A stretch of DNA of 64,000 nucleotides, from contig CAXWPJ010000012.1 in NCBI GenBank assembly GCA_963664115.2, positions 224,001 to 288,000 of the forward strand. Direction: 5' to 3'. Position numbers and translations under genes: made by a program. The DNA comes from Terriglobia bacterium (GTDB taxonomy: Bacteria; Acidobacteriota; Terriglobia; 20CM-2-55-15). Positions within the stretch are counted from its first letter, which is position 1, and each line of letters begins with the position of its first letter. The notes beneath the pieces are model-generated. The model saw only the letters and a program-made list of their open reading frames with translations. It searched no databases and was not told the origin of the DNA. Shown one piece after another: positions 10,774 through 20,917 of the stretch.

Positions 10774-11457
10774 TTACGACCCCTTGGGACGACCCAGGTC
10801 TCCATTTCCGCGAGCCTTCTCAGCGGTCCGCTTCTGGTGGAGTTGCTGTCGCAGATTTTCGTTGGCACTCTTAAGGTTGTCAATCAAGGCACCCAACCTG
10901 TCCTCGGCTGAAGTCATTTCCAACAGCCTCTGCTTGTCGCTAAACTCCATGTCGAGCACATACGCGACCATGAATGAGAGTTCAGAGGCGGTATCAGGCA
11001 GTTCCAACTCAGCCGGTCTTTCACCGGTGAGTTCGACGCCCTTTTTGTAGGCATCGATATAAAGTTCTCCAACTTCAGCCTGCAATTCTTCCAGCGCCGG
11101 CCCCGATTCGTCCAGATCATCAACCGTTTCGATAACGGCTCTCCAGAAAGGCTGCGGTTCCTTGAGTTCCAAAATCCGGAATCGTTCCTCGCCCTCGGTC
11201 ACTATGTTCAGGCGTCCATCATCGAGCCGCTCCACCCGAACAACACGTGCAAGCACACCGACTTTCTCGATGTTCGAAGCTCTTTCCGGTTCACCGCTCA
11301 CCAAAACGACGCCGAAGGGACTTTCACTGTCGATACACGTCTCGATCATTGTCTTGTAACGCTCTTCGAATATATGTAGCGGCAATCGGACGCTCGGAAA
11401 GAGAACGACATTGGGAAGTGGAAAAAGCGGAATCTCAATGTAGTCGGAGTGCGGCAT
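10774..11457 (-). CDS. Lon protease N-terminal substrate-binding domain protein
   Basis: IPLFPLPNVVLFP...LPLHIFEERY, KQRLLE. Confidence 0.9.
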   Translation of the reverse strand: MPHSDYIEIPLFPLPNVVLFPSVRLPLHIFEERYKTMIETCIDSESPFGVVLVSGEPERASNIEKVGVLARVVRVERLDDGRLNIVTEGEERFRILELKEPQPFWRAVIETVDDLDESGPALEELQAEVGELYIDAYKKGVELTGERPAELELPDTASELSFMVAYVLDMEFSDKQRLLEMTSAEDRLGALIDNLKSANENLRQQLHQKRTAEKARGNGDLGRPKGS

Positions 11458-11606
11458 CAGCCTTCAGAATACAAGCGATGCCACCGATGGATTAGGGAAT
11501 TGTCTCCGAGTATTTGCAGACCGGAGGACGAACGGCGGTTCCGCTCAGATTGCTTGTAACGTGTACACCCCGCCTCGGGGTCAGCGCCGACCCGTCGTAC
11601 AGGGCA

Positions 11607-12089
11607 CTAAATGAAGAGTTCTTCGTCGTGCCTGGTTTCGTCAGAGGAGTCGCGGCCCTTCCGGTTTAAGAGGAATTCGAAACCCTTGCTGACACCTCGC
11701 GCCAACGCTCCAACTTCCCGAACCGGACGAATGATGGATTCCTGAACCACGTCAACGGTTTCGTTTACACGTTCGCTGACGTCACGGCTCATGCGATCGA
11801 CCCTCTCGAGTTGATCCTGCAGTGTTCGGCCTGTCTCCCCGATCATTTCTTCGACGTTGTGCACCTGCTCTCGAGCGGCACGGCCAACCTCAACGACATC
11901 TTCGGAAACGGTTTTCAAGTTGTCGGTAACCGTCTTCAGCGACGGCATCAACTCGCGAAGCTGGCCAAGCGTGAGTTCGATCTGCCCTACAACCCGCTTC
12001 GAGAGCAAGTATAGACTCAGCAATATACCGGCCTGCAGCATCACGGCGGCGGCGGTCAGCGCGACAAAAAGAGTCAACAAACCTTCCAA
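11607..12089 (-). CDS. DUF948-like membrane-anchored coiled-coil protein
   Basis: N-terminal TM, heptads, EELFI C-terminus; GGAGG RBS before TTG. Confidence 0.7.
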   Translation of the reverse strand: MEGLLTLFVALTAAAVMLQAGILLSLYLLSKRVVGQIELTLGQLRELMPSLKTVTDNLKTVSEDVVEVGRAAREQVHNVEEMIGETGRTLQDQLERVDRMSRDVSERVNETVDVVQESIIRPVREVGALARGVSKGFEFLLNRKGRDSSDETRHDEELFI

Positions 12090-12101
12090 GGCATCCTCCG
12101 A

Positions 12102-12461
12102 TCAGTCCGTGGCGTCCTTCTCCTGAAGGTAGGCCTCTTTGCCTGCTTCAAAAGCAGCACTGAATTGCCCTTTCTGTTTCTCGAGGGCCTCTCTGCCCTT
12201 GTCCACAAGATCATTGACTTCGCCCTTGCCACGGTCGACCAAAGACGTCACTTCCTTGCCGACGCGGCGGCCGCCGTCTTCCACAACTTTTCGGCTCTCT
12301 TCAACCTTGCTATCCAGGAATTCACGTCCCTCCAGCGTTCGTCTGGAGATGTCGTCACGCGTTTCCCGGCCGGATTGGGGTGCAAACAGCAACGCAATCG
12401 CGCCACCCACTCCCGCGCCGGCAAGAAAATAAAGAAACTTGTCTCCGAAGCTACTACTCAT
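12102..12461 (-). CDS. YtxH-domain protein
   Basis: FLAGAGVGGAIALLFAPQSGRETR. Confidence 0.9.
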   Translation of the reverse strand: MSSSFGDKFLYFLAGAGVGGAIALLFAPQSGRETRDDISRRTLEGREFLDSKVEESRKVVEDGGRRVGKEVTSLVDRGKGEVNDLVDKGREALEKQKGQFSAAFEAGKEAYLQEKDATD

Positions 12462-12558
12462 ATCGACCTCCCATTGACCTAAATCGATAGTAACACAGGA
12501 GCGTTGGGGAATAGAGGAGCACGCACTCGACTCACCCGTGGTGGAATTCTAGCGTCTG

Positions 12559-14370
12559 CTAAGCTGGGTCGAAGTGACGGCGAATCGATTCCACCTGGCG
12601 CCGGTTTGCCACCTTCAAAAGGTCTTCAATGGATGCCTGGCTCACTTTCTTTACCGAGCCGAAGTGATCAAGCAGCTTACGTGCCGTCCGCCCTCCGATG
12701 CCCACGATCTCCGTGAGTTCGGTCGCGCGCCCCCGGCGCGCTCGGCGCTGACGGTGAAAGGTGACGGCAAAGCGGTGACTTTCGTCACGGATCTGCTGAA
12801 TCAGGCGCAGGACCGGGGAACGTGGATCGAGCATGACCGGCTCATCTTCGCGACCCGCGATAAAAATAATTTCCTCACGCTTGGCGATACTCGCCAATGG
12901 TTGATCGACAATGTTCAGGTCGTCGAGAGCAGCCTGGGCAGCGTGGAGCTGGCCGAGCCCGCCATCGATGAGGATCAGGTCGGGCATTCTCTGCTTCTCT
13001 TCCATCACACGGCGGTAGCGGCGGGCGACAACCTCGCGCATGCTCTTGAAATCATCCGGTTGACCGGAAACGGACCGGACCACGAAGCGGCGATATTCAG
13101 ACTTCCTCATGCCACCCTCACGCCAGACGACCATCGAAGCGACGATGTCACTTGCCTGGAGGTTGGATATGTCAAAAGCCTCCACCCTCTTGGGCGTCTT
13201 CTCCAATTCGAGTGTCTCTCGAACATCGCGGGCAATCGTTGAAGCCGAGGGCGTTGCCGTGCGGAATCGTTGATCGAATGACAACTTGGCATTACGGCGT
13301 ACCAGTTCCATCATCTCCCGCTTGGATCCCCGCACGGGCGTTCGAAATTCGACCTTCCGCCCCTTTTTCTCAGTCAATCGGTCGGACAGAACCTCCTGGT
13401 CCTCGAAAGCAATCGGCACGTGGATCTCAATAGGAATAAACGGCGCATCCAGGTAGTACTGCTTCAACAGTGCGCCCAGGAACTGGGCGGGATCGAAACT
13501 TTCCTGGTCCTCCCAAAAGAGTTCTTTCTTGTTGACGACTCTGCCGCCACGCATGTGGAACGCGGAAACGGCGACCTGAGGTCCATCCCGGTGCAAACCA
13601 AATATGTCGATGTCATCGGACCCGGCCGAGGCCATTTTCTGCCGTTCACCCACCTGTTGAATCGTCCGAATAGCATCACGGTGATGCCCCGCGGCTTCGT
13701 ACTGCTGGCTGTCTGCGGCAGCGGCCATCTTGCCCTCCAACCGGGCAACGAGATCCCGTGTCCTCCCTTCCAGGAATAGACGCACGTCCTGAACCGCTTC
13801 CATATACGCTTCACGGCTCGAAAGTTCCTCCACGCACGGCGCCATACATCGATGGATGTGGTACTGCAGGCATGGGCGCCCCCGCCTGCCGTCAATCCGA
13901 ATGTTGCAGTTGCGAACCAGAAAATGCCGTTCGATCAGTCGGAGGGTTTTTCGAGCGAGACCGCCCGGGAAGAAAGGACCAAAGTAGAGGGCGCCATCTT
14001 TGCGGACTCGCCGAGTGATCAACGCTTTGGGATAGGGTTCGTTGAGCGTGAGTTTGATATAGGGGTAGGTCTTGTCGTCCCGAAGCAGCACGTTGTATCT
14101 GGGTTTGTTCGCCTTGATGAGGTTATTTTCGAGCGCCAGGGCCTCGCCCTCGGTATCGGTAACGATAAACTCCACGTCTCGAATCTGCTCTATCATCCGA
14201 TCCCGCAGGGGATCGTGCGTCCGGGATTCCTGAAAGTAACTGCGGACGCGGTTCCGCAAAGATTTAGCCTTCCCGACATAGAGAACCACGCTTCCGGCGT
14301 CCCGATATAGATACACACCGGGGCCCGTTGGAATTGTCTTCAACTTAGCGTCGAGCTTTGGATTCGACAA
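12559..14370 (-). CDS. uvrC: Excinuclease ABC subunit C (start uncertain; TTG 14370 preferred, ORF open to 14460)
   Basis: PGVY, YVGKAKSLRNRVRSYF, DDKTYPY, FDISN, LIDGGLGQ, RDESHRFA, HhH. Confidence 0.96.
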   Translation of the reverse strand: MSNPKLDAKLKTIPTGPGVYLYRDAGSVVLYVGKAKSLRNRVRSYFQESRTHDPLRDRMIEQIRDVEFIVTDTEGEALALENNLIKANKPRYNVLLRDDKTYPYIKLTLNEPYPKALITRRVRKDGALYFGPFFPGGLARKTLRLIERHFLVRNCNIRIDGRRGRPCLQYHIHRCMAPCVEELSSREAYMEAVQDVRLFLEGRTRDLVARLEGKMAAAADSQQYEAAGHHRDAIRTIQQVGERQKMASAGSDDIDIFGLHRDGPQVAVSAFHMRGGRVVNKKELFWEDQESFDPAQFLGALLKQYYLDAPFIPIEIHVPIAFEDQEVLSDRLTEKKGRKVEFRTPVRGSKREMMELVRRNAKLSFDQRFRTATPSASTIARDVRETLELEKTPKRVEAFDISNLQASDIVASMVVWREGGMRKSEYRRFVVRSVSGQPDDFKSMREVVARRYRRVMEEKQRMPDLILIDGGLGQLHAAQAALDDLNIVDQPLASIAKREEIIFIAGREDEPVMLDPRSPVLRLIQQIRDESHRFAVTFHRQRRARRGRATELTEIVGIGGRTARKLLDHFGSVKKVSQASIEDLLKVANRRQVESIRRHFDPA

Positions 14371-14559
14371 AGTACTTAATATCGCGGAAGCCCCTCGCTC
14401 GAAACATGGAGACAGAGGCTGCCGAGTCCTAGAGCAGCAAGGGTTTACGGACGATCTCAAATTATAACAAGCCTTGACCGCATCATGCCTTTAACGTAGA
14501 GTGCCGCCTTAGAAACTCCCTAACAGATGCAGCCGAGCCAGCTGCCGGGGCCAATCAGC

Positions 14560-16857
14560 ATGAAACGCCGCATCCCAACCATTCTGGGTGTCTTCTTCAC
14601 GCTTCTGTTCACCCTCCTGGCGGCTAACCGCTTGGACTGGACGGCGGAAAGCTTCCTGACGAGCCTGGACATGCAGTGGCTGGACGCCAAGTTCAGAATG
14701 CGCGGGGAAAGAGCGCCCGGAAACGACCTGGTCCTGGTGGCGCTCGACGACAGGTCCCTGGAAGCGCTGGGTTCGGCCCGCCTTTTCGAGCGTCATCACG
14801 CGGCCCGGCTTGTGGATCAGCTCCACCAGGCAGGGGCCCGGGTCATCGGCTTCGACATCACGTACAGCGAAGTCGACCCCACCAATCCTGAAAACGACCG
14901 CCTTTTCGCTGAAGCGATTGAAAACGCGGGCAACGTTGTGTTGGGCGCGTATTTTGAGCTGGAGGCTACGACCGGAGTAAGCGGCGAACGGGGCGAGTTG
15001 AGTCCCGAGTTCCAGGAAATCGTTATCGAAAAACAGGTGTACCCTTCACTCCGAACCAGCGGCGCTGAAGGCGGGGAAACGCTTATTCAGGGCAAGACTC
15101 TGGTAATGAATCTGCCTTCACTGACCCGGGCGGCAGCGTCTTTCGGATCCGTCAACGTCCACACCGATTCCGACGGTTCTCCCAGATATCAGCCACAGTT
15201 CATCGAGTGGGGCGGGCGATTGTATCCGTCGCTGGACCTGCAACTGCTGAAGCGCTACCTGGACGTACCGTCGGTGGGCGTAACGATGCAAGACGGCCGC
15301 ATGGAACAGGTACAGGTCGGCGATTACATCATTCCGACAGACCGATACGGGCGTTACATGGTCAATTTTAACGGGCCAGCCAACACCTATCCGACGGTGT
15401 CCTGGATCGACGTCGAAGAAGGACGCGTGGATCCCGCTGCACTCAATGACAAGATCGTGCTCGTCGGTCCCACGGCTATCGGTCTCGGAGATGTGCTCCC
15501 CACCCCTTTCGACCCCGTCCTTCCCGGGGTCGAACTGCACGCGAACATCATCGACAACGTTCTCCAGCAAAACTACCTGGTACGCGGCACGATCGCTTCC
15601 ATGACCGACCTGCTCCTGATCCTGGGCGGGGGCATCCTCGTGTCCTTATATCTGCCGAAATTGGGAGCGACGCGCAGCATCATCTACACAGTGGTGGGCT
15701 TGCTCGGGTTTACGGGCCTGAACGTCTGGGTCTTTCTGCAATTCAACTGGGTGCTGAGCTACGTTTACCCCGGACTGTCCCTGGTTGTCACCAGCGGTTC
15801 CCTGATCTCCTACAAGTACCTCACCGAAGAACGGGAAAAGAAACGGACCAAGCAAGTCTTCTCGCACTATCTCGATCAGGCGGTTATCGACCAGGTCATC
15901 GATCAACCCGACAAGCTCAAGTTGGGTGGCGAAAAGCACAGCCTGACCGTCCTCTTTTCCGACATCCGGGGTTTCAGCACATTCTCAGAGCAGATGACGC
16001 CTCAGGAACTGGTCGGTTTCCTCAACACCTACTTCGACGAAATGACCGAGATTATCTTTAAGAACCAGGGAACGCTGGACAAATTGATCGGGGATGCAGT
16101 CATGTGTTTCTGGGGACACCCTGTCGAAACTGAGGAACATCCCCTCCGCGCAACCATCGCCGCACTGGAAATGATGCAAGCTGTCCGGCGGATTCAGGAA
16201 ACAGTCGATCTGCCCGGAGGACATCTCTTCGACATCCGCATCGGAGTCAATACCGGGGATATGGTTGTCGGCAACATGGGTTCACAACATCGATTCAGCT
16301 ACACGGTAATGGGCGACGATGTGAACCTGGGAGCACGTCTTGAGCCGCTTAACAACTACTACGGCACAAGCATCATGATTAGCGACAGCACCTATGAATG
16401 TGTCAAGGACCGCATCCTCTGCCGGGAATTGGACCGCGTCACGGTGAAGGGTAAGAAGCACGCCGTAACGATCTATGAACCCCTTGGGTTGCGGGAAGCG
16501 GAAAACGAACAACGCACGTCAGATCGACGTGGCGACCCGACCCTCTGGAAGCGAATCAAGGGCGCCTACGTCAGAGGACGACACGGGGAACGGCGACACA
16601 ATGAGCGGCGACAGGGATCGGCAGGCCTGATCGCCGATAGGAAGTGGGACGAAATCCTGAAACACTACGCGCACGCGCTGGATCTTTACCGGAAGGCCGA
16701 TTTCGACGCTTCCGATCAGGCGTTCGATCATGTATTGAAACTTGCGCCTGGAGATGGCCCTTCGAGTATTATGAAGGCCCGAATCGAAAAGTACCGTTTG
16801 GAATTCGCTGGCGCCGAGTCGGACTTTGACCCGGTTCATAAATTTGATGCGAAATAA
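14560..16857 (+). CDS. CHASE2-domain class III adenylate/guanylate cyclase with C-terminal TPR-like tail
   Basis: CHASE2 (VIGFDI, PGVELHA), 3 TM, LFSDIRGFS, DKLIGDAVM, YTVMGDDVNLGARLE; alternative start 14527. Confidence 0.93.
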   Translation: MKRRIPTILGVFFTLLFTLLAANRLDWTAESFLTSLDMQWLDAKFRMRGERAPGNDLVLVALDDRSLEALGSARLFERHHAARLVDQLHQAGARVIGFDITYSEVDPTNPENDRLFAEAIENAGNVVLGAYFELEATTGVSGERGELSPEFQEIVIEKQVYPSLRTSGAEGGETLIQGKTLVMNLPSLTRAAASFGSVNVHTDSDGSPRYQPQFIEWGGRLYPSLDLQLLKRYLDVPSVGVTMQDGRMEQVQVGDYIIPTDRYGRYMVNFNGPANTYPTVSWIDVEEGRVDPAALNDKIVLVGPTAIGLGDVLPTPFDPVLPGVELHANIIDNVLQQNYLVRGTIASMTDLLLILGGGILVSLYLPKLGATRSIIYTVVGLLGFTGLNVWVFLQFNWVLSYVYPGLSLVVTSGSLISYKYLTEEREKKRTKQVFSHYLDQAVIDQVIDQPDKLKLGGEKHSLTVLFSDIRGFSTFSEQMTPQELVGFLNTYFDEMTEIIFKNQGTLDKLIGDAVMCFWGHPVETEEHPLRATIAALEMMQAVRRIQETVDLPGGHLFDIRIGVNTGDMVVGNMGSQHRFSYTVMGDDVNLGARLEPLNNYYGTSIMISDSTYECVKDRILCRELDRVTVKGKKHAVTIYEPLGLREAENEQRTSDRRGDPTLWKRIKGAYVRGRHGERRHNERRQGSAGLIADRKWDEILKHYAHALDLYRKADFDASDQAFDHVLKLAPGDGPSSIMKARIEKYRLEFAGAESDFDPVHKFDAK

Positions 16858-16861
16858 CACG

Positions 16862-18414
16862 ATGAGTAGCGTTGCCTCACGTTTCGGTCTCCGAGCAATC
16901 GCCCTCGGAACCGCCACCCTCATGCTCTTGGCCGGTTATCCGGTCCGGCTGTCAGCGGAACCCGCCTCCGTCGTCGGTGACATTATTCTCCTGGGTACGG
17001 TCGAAAGATCTGGCCGGCGTCTCACCAACGACGCCACCCTGTTTGAAGGAGACACGATAAGAACGGCATCATCAAGTGGCGGCGTACTGCGCCTTGGGAG
17101 CGCCCGTATGGAAATCGGGCAGTCGACCTACCTGGAAATAGTCCGTGCCCAACCGCTGACCATCGTTCTCAGCTCCGGTTCTCTGGCGTTTAATTTCCCC
17201 GACGATTTTGATTTCCAGATTACTACGCCGCAGCTCGAAGTCCGGCCCGATCCATCGTTTGGCGCGGTCTCGGGTGAAATCCTGGCCATCCCTGAAGACG
17301 AAGACCGTGTTGAGAGCCGTGCCGGCACCCTGAGCATTCTCGAACGACAGGAGTATGGTGCGATCCGCAGTGTTGGCGGTGGAGAAATACTGATTGCGTC
17401 GTTAGTGCCGACGGTCTCGATACCGGTTGCCAGCCCGACTTTCGGCTTACTGCAGGCGCCCAGTCCCATTGCGCAATTCCAGGCTGTCGAGGGAGATGTC
17501 CGGCTGCAGAGGGTTAACACGACGCTCACAACACGCGTTGACAATCCAGGCATCGCCCTGTTCAACGGAGATACTGTAAGCACGCTTCAAGGGCGTGCCG
17601 ACATACTCTTTACCGACCAGAGCCTGATCAGTCTGGACGTCGGCACCACGGTCACCATCGAGGAACAACCCCAACCCACCGGTATCTTCCGCCGGATCAG
17701 CCAGGGATTGGGCAACCTGTTCTTCGACATCCAGCAGATCGTCGGTACGGAAACGACTTTGGAAACACCGACTGCGGTCGCCGCAATAAGAGGAACGGAA
17801 GGAACACAGATTGTCCCCAACGAAACACAGAGCACCCACGCGCTGAATGAAGGCCTCGAAGACATTACCGAACGCATCACGCAGCAGACCGTCACAATTA
17901 CTGACGGTCAGCAGGTGACGGCCATTCGGGGTGTCGGTTTCACTCCAATCGTTGCCCTGTTGGCTCTGATCCCAAGACCGGGTATTGGGGGGGGTGGCGG
18001 GGGGGGGGTGCGGCCGGCGGCGGAGCGGGCGCCGGAGCGGGTGCCGGCGGTGCAGCCGGTGGCGCGGCAGGCGCTGCCGCAGGAGCAGCCACGTCCACAG
18101 TAACTTCAGTCGCTTCTGTCGCTGCAGCAACTGCAGCCACAGCCGCAGGCGTGACGGCCGCAGTCGTCATCCCGACAACGGCCGACGAGCCCGCACCCGA
18201 AGACACGGCAACTGTACCCTTGAGCCGCCCGGGTGGTGAGCTCACCACAGGCAGTCAACTCACGGCGGCACTTTCCGTACCGCTCGCCAGTCGAAACGGC
18301 CCTCCGCCAGCAAGTGCGTCGGTGCCCGAACATCCTCTGGGTCAACCGCCAGTGACTCCGCCCACAATTGAACCGCCTCGCCGCCCAGCAGGCAGGCCTC
18401 CCACGAGACCATAG
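16862..18414 (+). CDS. Secreted tandem FecR-domain protein with Gly/Ala-rich tail; frameshifted in a poly-G tract
   Basis: Signal peptide, L..GDTI.T and TPTAVAAIRGT motifs; after G8-TGGC-G10 (17987-18008) GAAGGGAGAG...VTAAVVIP continues in another frame to TAG 18414. Confidence 0.75.
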
Positions 18415-18574
18415 AAGACGGGTCTGGATTATTATATTCACCTCGTCTGGATCAGCGTTGTTGTACGAATTTATGTAACTCGCGGTTAAACCAACTGTCC
18501 AGTTGGCTTCAACCTCCTGGTCCACCCTATAGCTTCATCGTCAGCAATCCGCGGTAGTATCAGTAGCTCAAGTT

Positions 18575-19075
18575 ATGTTCAAAGAACACTCCGATACGCT
18601 CGGTCGAGGGGATCGCGCCCCCGAATTCGAGCTTCAGACGGCGACTGGCGAGACCATCTCTGATCGAGATCTGCGGGGTAGGATGTCCCTCGTCTTTTTC
18701 CTGCGGGGAACCTGGTGACCCAATTCACGGAAGCAACTGGCTCAGTTGGAGTCAGCTTGGGATGAATTAAATCGGAAAGAGGTAGGATTAATTTGCATCG
18801 CCGCTCAGAAAATCGACGGTGTCGGGGGCGCGAAACGATTCGCAGAGAAGCACAATTACAAATTCCCGTTCCTGTTCGACGAAACGCGGGAGACGACCAA
18901 AGCCTATGGTGTCTATCACCGGATTGGCTTCGATGCGTATCGAATCGCCCGCCCTGGGGCCTTCCTTCTCGATGACGCGCAGAAAATTTTATGGATTGCC
19001 GTCAGCCCGAATCAGTCGGAGCTCCCCACGAACGCACAAATCCTCGAAGCTATCGCAGCCGCCGGTAAATATTGA
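18575..19075 (+). CDS. Peroxiredoxin-like (AhpC/TSA/redoxin) selenoprotein, Sec at codon 48, UxxS motif
   Basis: ATG 18575, GDRAPEFEL..., FFLRGTW-TGA(18716-18718)-PNSRKQL in frame with track ORF 18746-19075; hairpin 18734-18748. Confidence 0.88.
18734..18748 (+). promoter_or_regulatory. Candidate bacterial SECIS hairpin
   Basis: CAACTG-GCT-CAGTTG at +16..+30 after UGA. Confidence 0.7.
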
Positions 19076-20258
19076 AACCCACTTTGAACGAATCGCTACC
19101 GTTCACGGTGTACTGGGCCGTCGTCAGCGGACGGGCAGTGGATAGAACGAACTCGAAGGTATGCCTGAACGTCGCTTTTTGAATACCGACTGAAACCGCC
19201 GGACGATCAAATATTTCTCCGGTAAATCCCTTGACCCGAGGCACGTACTCTCCCACCACGGATACGGACGGAGTAAGACCGATCCCGGCACCGATGCCGA
19301 TGGCCGCTGTGTAGTCAAACTCCTCTCCGAAAAGGAACTGCGGAGGAAGGAACGAGTCATCGTTCCGCGTGTTGAAGGCAATGCTCGGCGCGAGGGAAAG
19401 CGAAAAACGATTTCCGAAACTTCGCGTGGCAACAAATTGAACAAACGGCGCAAACCTCTCCTTAAAGTTATTTCGTCCTTCAATTCCAATACGAAACTGG
19501 GTCGAGAGCGGAGCTTCGGAACTCTGCCTGGAGAGTTGGAACTGAGAACTGAGTTCTATGGTCCGATCCAGGTTGCTGCGCATCGCCGAAACGCTCATCC
19601 AATCCGTTAAACCGACCTGGACGCCGAAGGTCACCGACGCGGGACTATCAAAACCGAATAATTGTTTCGGCGAATCCCGGTCGAAAACCGGAAACGTGAA
19701 GCGATGTCCGATCAAGAATTCCACGCCCCCGCGCTCCATCCCCTTGCCATTGGGCAGATTCACGATCCGCGGGCCAAGAAACGCGCCTTCCGAAGTGAAA
19801 GCATCGACCGGGCTGACGGATATCGCGGCAGCGACTGGCACCTCAGCCCCGCCCTGCACCTCTACGGCGGACCCCAGCCCCGACACCACGCCGCTTGATG
19901 GAAGATCCGCCAGATACCGCAGGCCTTCGACCTCCACAACCAATGCGGCGTTGTCAGGATCTGAGAAATGCAGAATCGTCGTGCTCCCCAGCGGCACGCG
20001 GCTGTAAGCAAATCGATCGGAAAATTGCGATCGCAGCAAGGGCGTTATTGTCATTTCGTTATCGGCAAAAGCCAGACCGAACTCGTTTCTGGGTCCTCCA
20101 CCATCCGGATTGACGTGGCACACGACACAACCGTCGACGGTGGGATTGCGGAGGGGATCCCCCTGAAATATTTGGAGGAAAGCGGGAAAAGCCGCCGCGG
20201 GCACTGCCCCCGCAGCCAGCAATGTCAAAAATAAAATGCTCCGGCCGATTTGCATCAT
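19050..20258 (-). CDS. Outer-membrane beta-barrel (DUF5777-like) with N-terminal CxxCH heme c motif
   Basis: Signal peptide ending AAA, GCVVCHVNPDGGG, IGHRF, C-terminal VGFNIYR. Confidence 0.8.
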   Translation of the reverse strand: MMQIGRSILFLTLLAAGAVPAAAFPAFLQIFQGDPLRNPTVDGCVVCHVNPDGGGPRNEFGLAFADNEMTITPLLRSQFSDRFAYSRVPLGSTTILHFSDPDNAALVVEVEGLRYLADLPSSGVVSGLGSAVEVQGGAEVPVAAAISVSPVDAFTSEGAFLGPRIVNLPNGKGMERGGVEFLIGHRFTFPVFDRDSPKQLFGFDSPASVTFGVQVGLTDWMSVSAMRSNLDRTIELSSQFQLSRQSSEAPLSTQFRIGIEGRNNFKERFAPFVQFVATRSFGNRFSLSLAPSIAFNTRNDDSFLPPQFLFGEEFDYTAAIGIGAGIGLTPSVSVVGEYVPRVKGFTGEIFDRPAVSVGIQKATFRHTFEFVLSTARPLTTAQYTVNGSDSFKVGFNIYRRLR

Positions 20259-20281
20259 AATTTTCCTCAACAGTTTATGAA

Positions 20282-20917
20282 TCAATATTTTCCAGTGGAA
20301 CCGTGTGCTAACGCCGCCGACGATTTATTGAAACGGTGTGGGGACACGTGTGGACTTTTAGCAGCGAAAAACCTCCACAGCTTGTCGCGATACGCTCCGG
20401 CGTAATCCACTCCGATACGTGGGCTGGCTACAATTTTCCCGGGGTTCAGGCCGCGGTCTTCAATCCACAGCGAATCCTCCTCCAGGCTCACCCCGTTCAG
20501 GCTCCTGTCGACAGCCATGGCCTGACACAGTTTCGCCGGCCCGCTGCCAATGTCCCTATCACGCGCAACGCGCAGACGATTTTTTCGCATTAACTCCAAA
20601 CCCTCTAAGGGATCGATAGCCCGGATCAAAACAGCGGCGGGGTAGCCTTCAGGTTCGGTCACGGCGTTCAAACAACAATGGAAACCGTAAACCATGAAGA
20701 CATACGCATAACCGGGCCCTCCGAACATCACCTCTGTGCGATCCGTTCTACCCTTGGACGCATGGCAGGCCAAATCGTCCTCCCCAATGTAGGCCTCGGT
20801 TTCGACGATCATTCCTGCAGCTCGGCCTCTGCCCAGAGGGCGGACCACAACCTTGCCGATCAGATCCACAGCAACGTCGATCGTTGGACGGGAATAAAAA
20901 CTACTGGGAAGCTTCAC
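20282..20917 (-). CDS. mpg: DNA-3-methyladenine glycosylase (MPG/AAG family)
   Basis: IVETEAY, D.ACH, YGFHCCLN, AVLIRA, GPAKLCQA, RIGV. Confidence 0.95.
   Translation of the reverse strand: MKLPSSFYSRPTIDVAVDLIGKVVVRPLGRGRAAGMIVETEAYIGEDDLACHASKGRTDRTEVMFGGPGYAYVFMVYGFHCCLNAVTEPEGYPAAVLIRAIDPLEGLELMRKNRLRVARDRDIGSGPAKLCQAMAVDRSLNGVSLEEDSLWIEDRGLNPGKIVASPRIGVDYAGAYRDKLWRFFAAKSPHVSPHRFNKSSAALAHGSTGKY

Noticed and set aside
18406-18535. Minus-strand segment resembling a beta-barrel C-terminus (WTVGLTASY...IIIQTRLLW)
   Set aside because: No convincing start or family; possibly a scar but unsupported.
18716-18718. Genome-wide UGA reassignment (code 4 or 25)
   Set aside because: TGA ends many normal genes here (ribBA, tpiA, thrC, waaF); the in-frame cases fall only at catalytic Cys positions.
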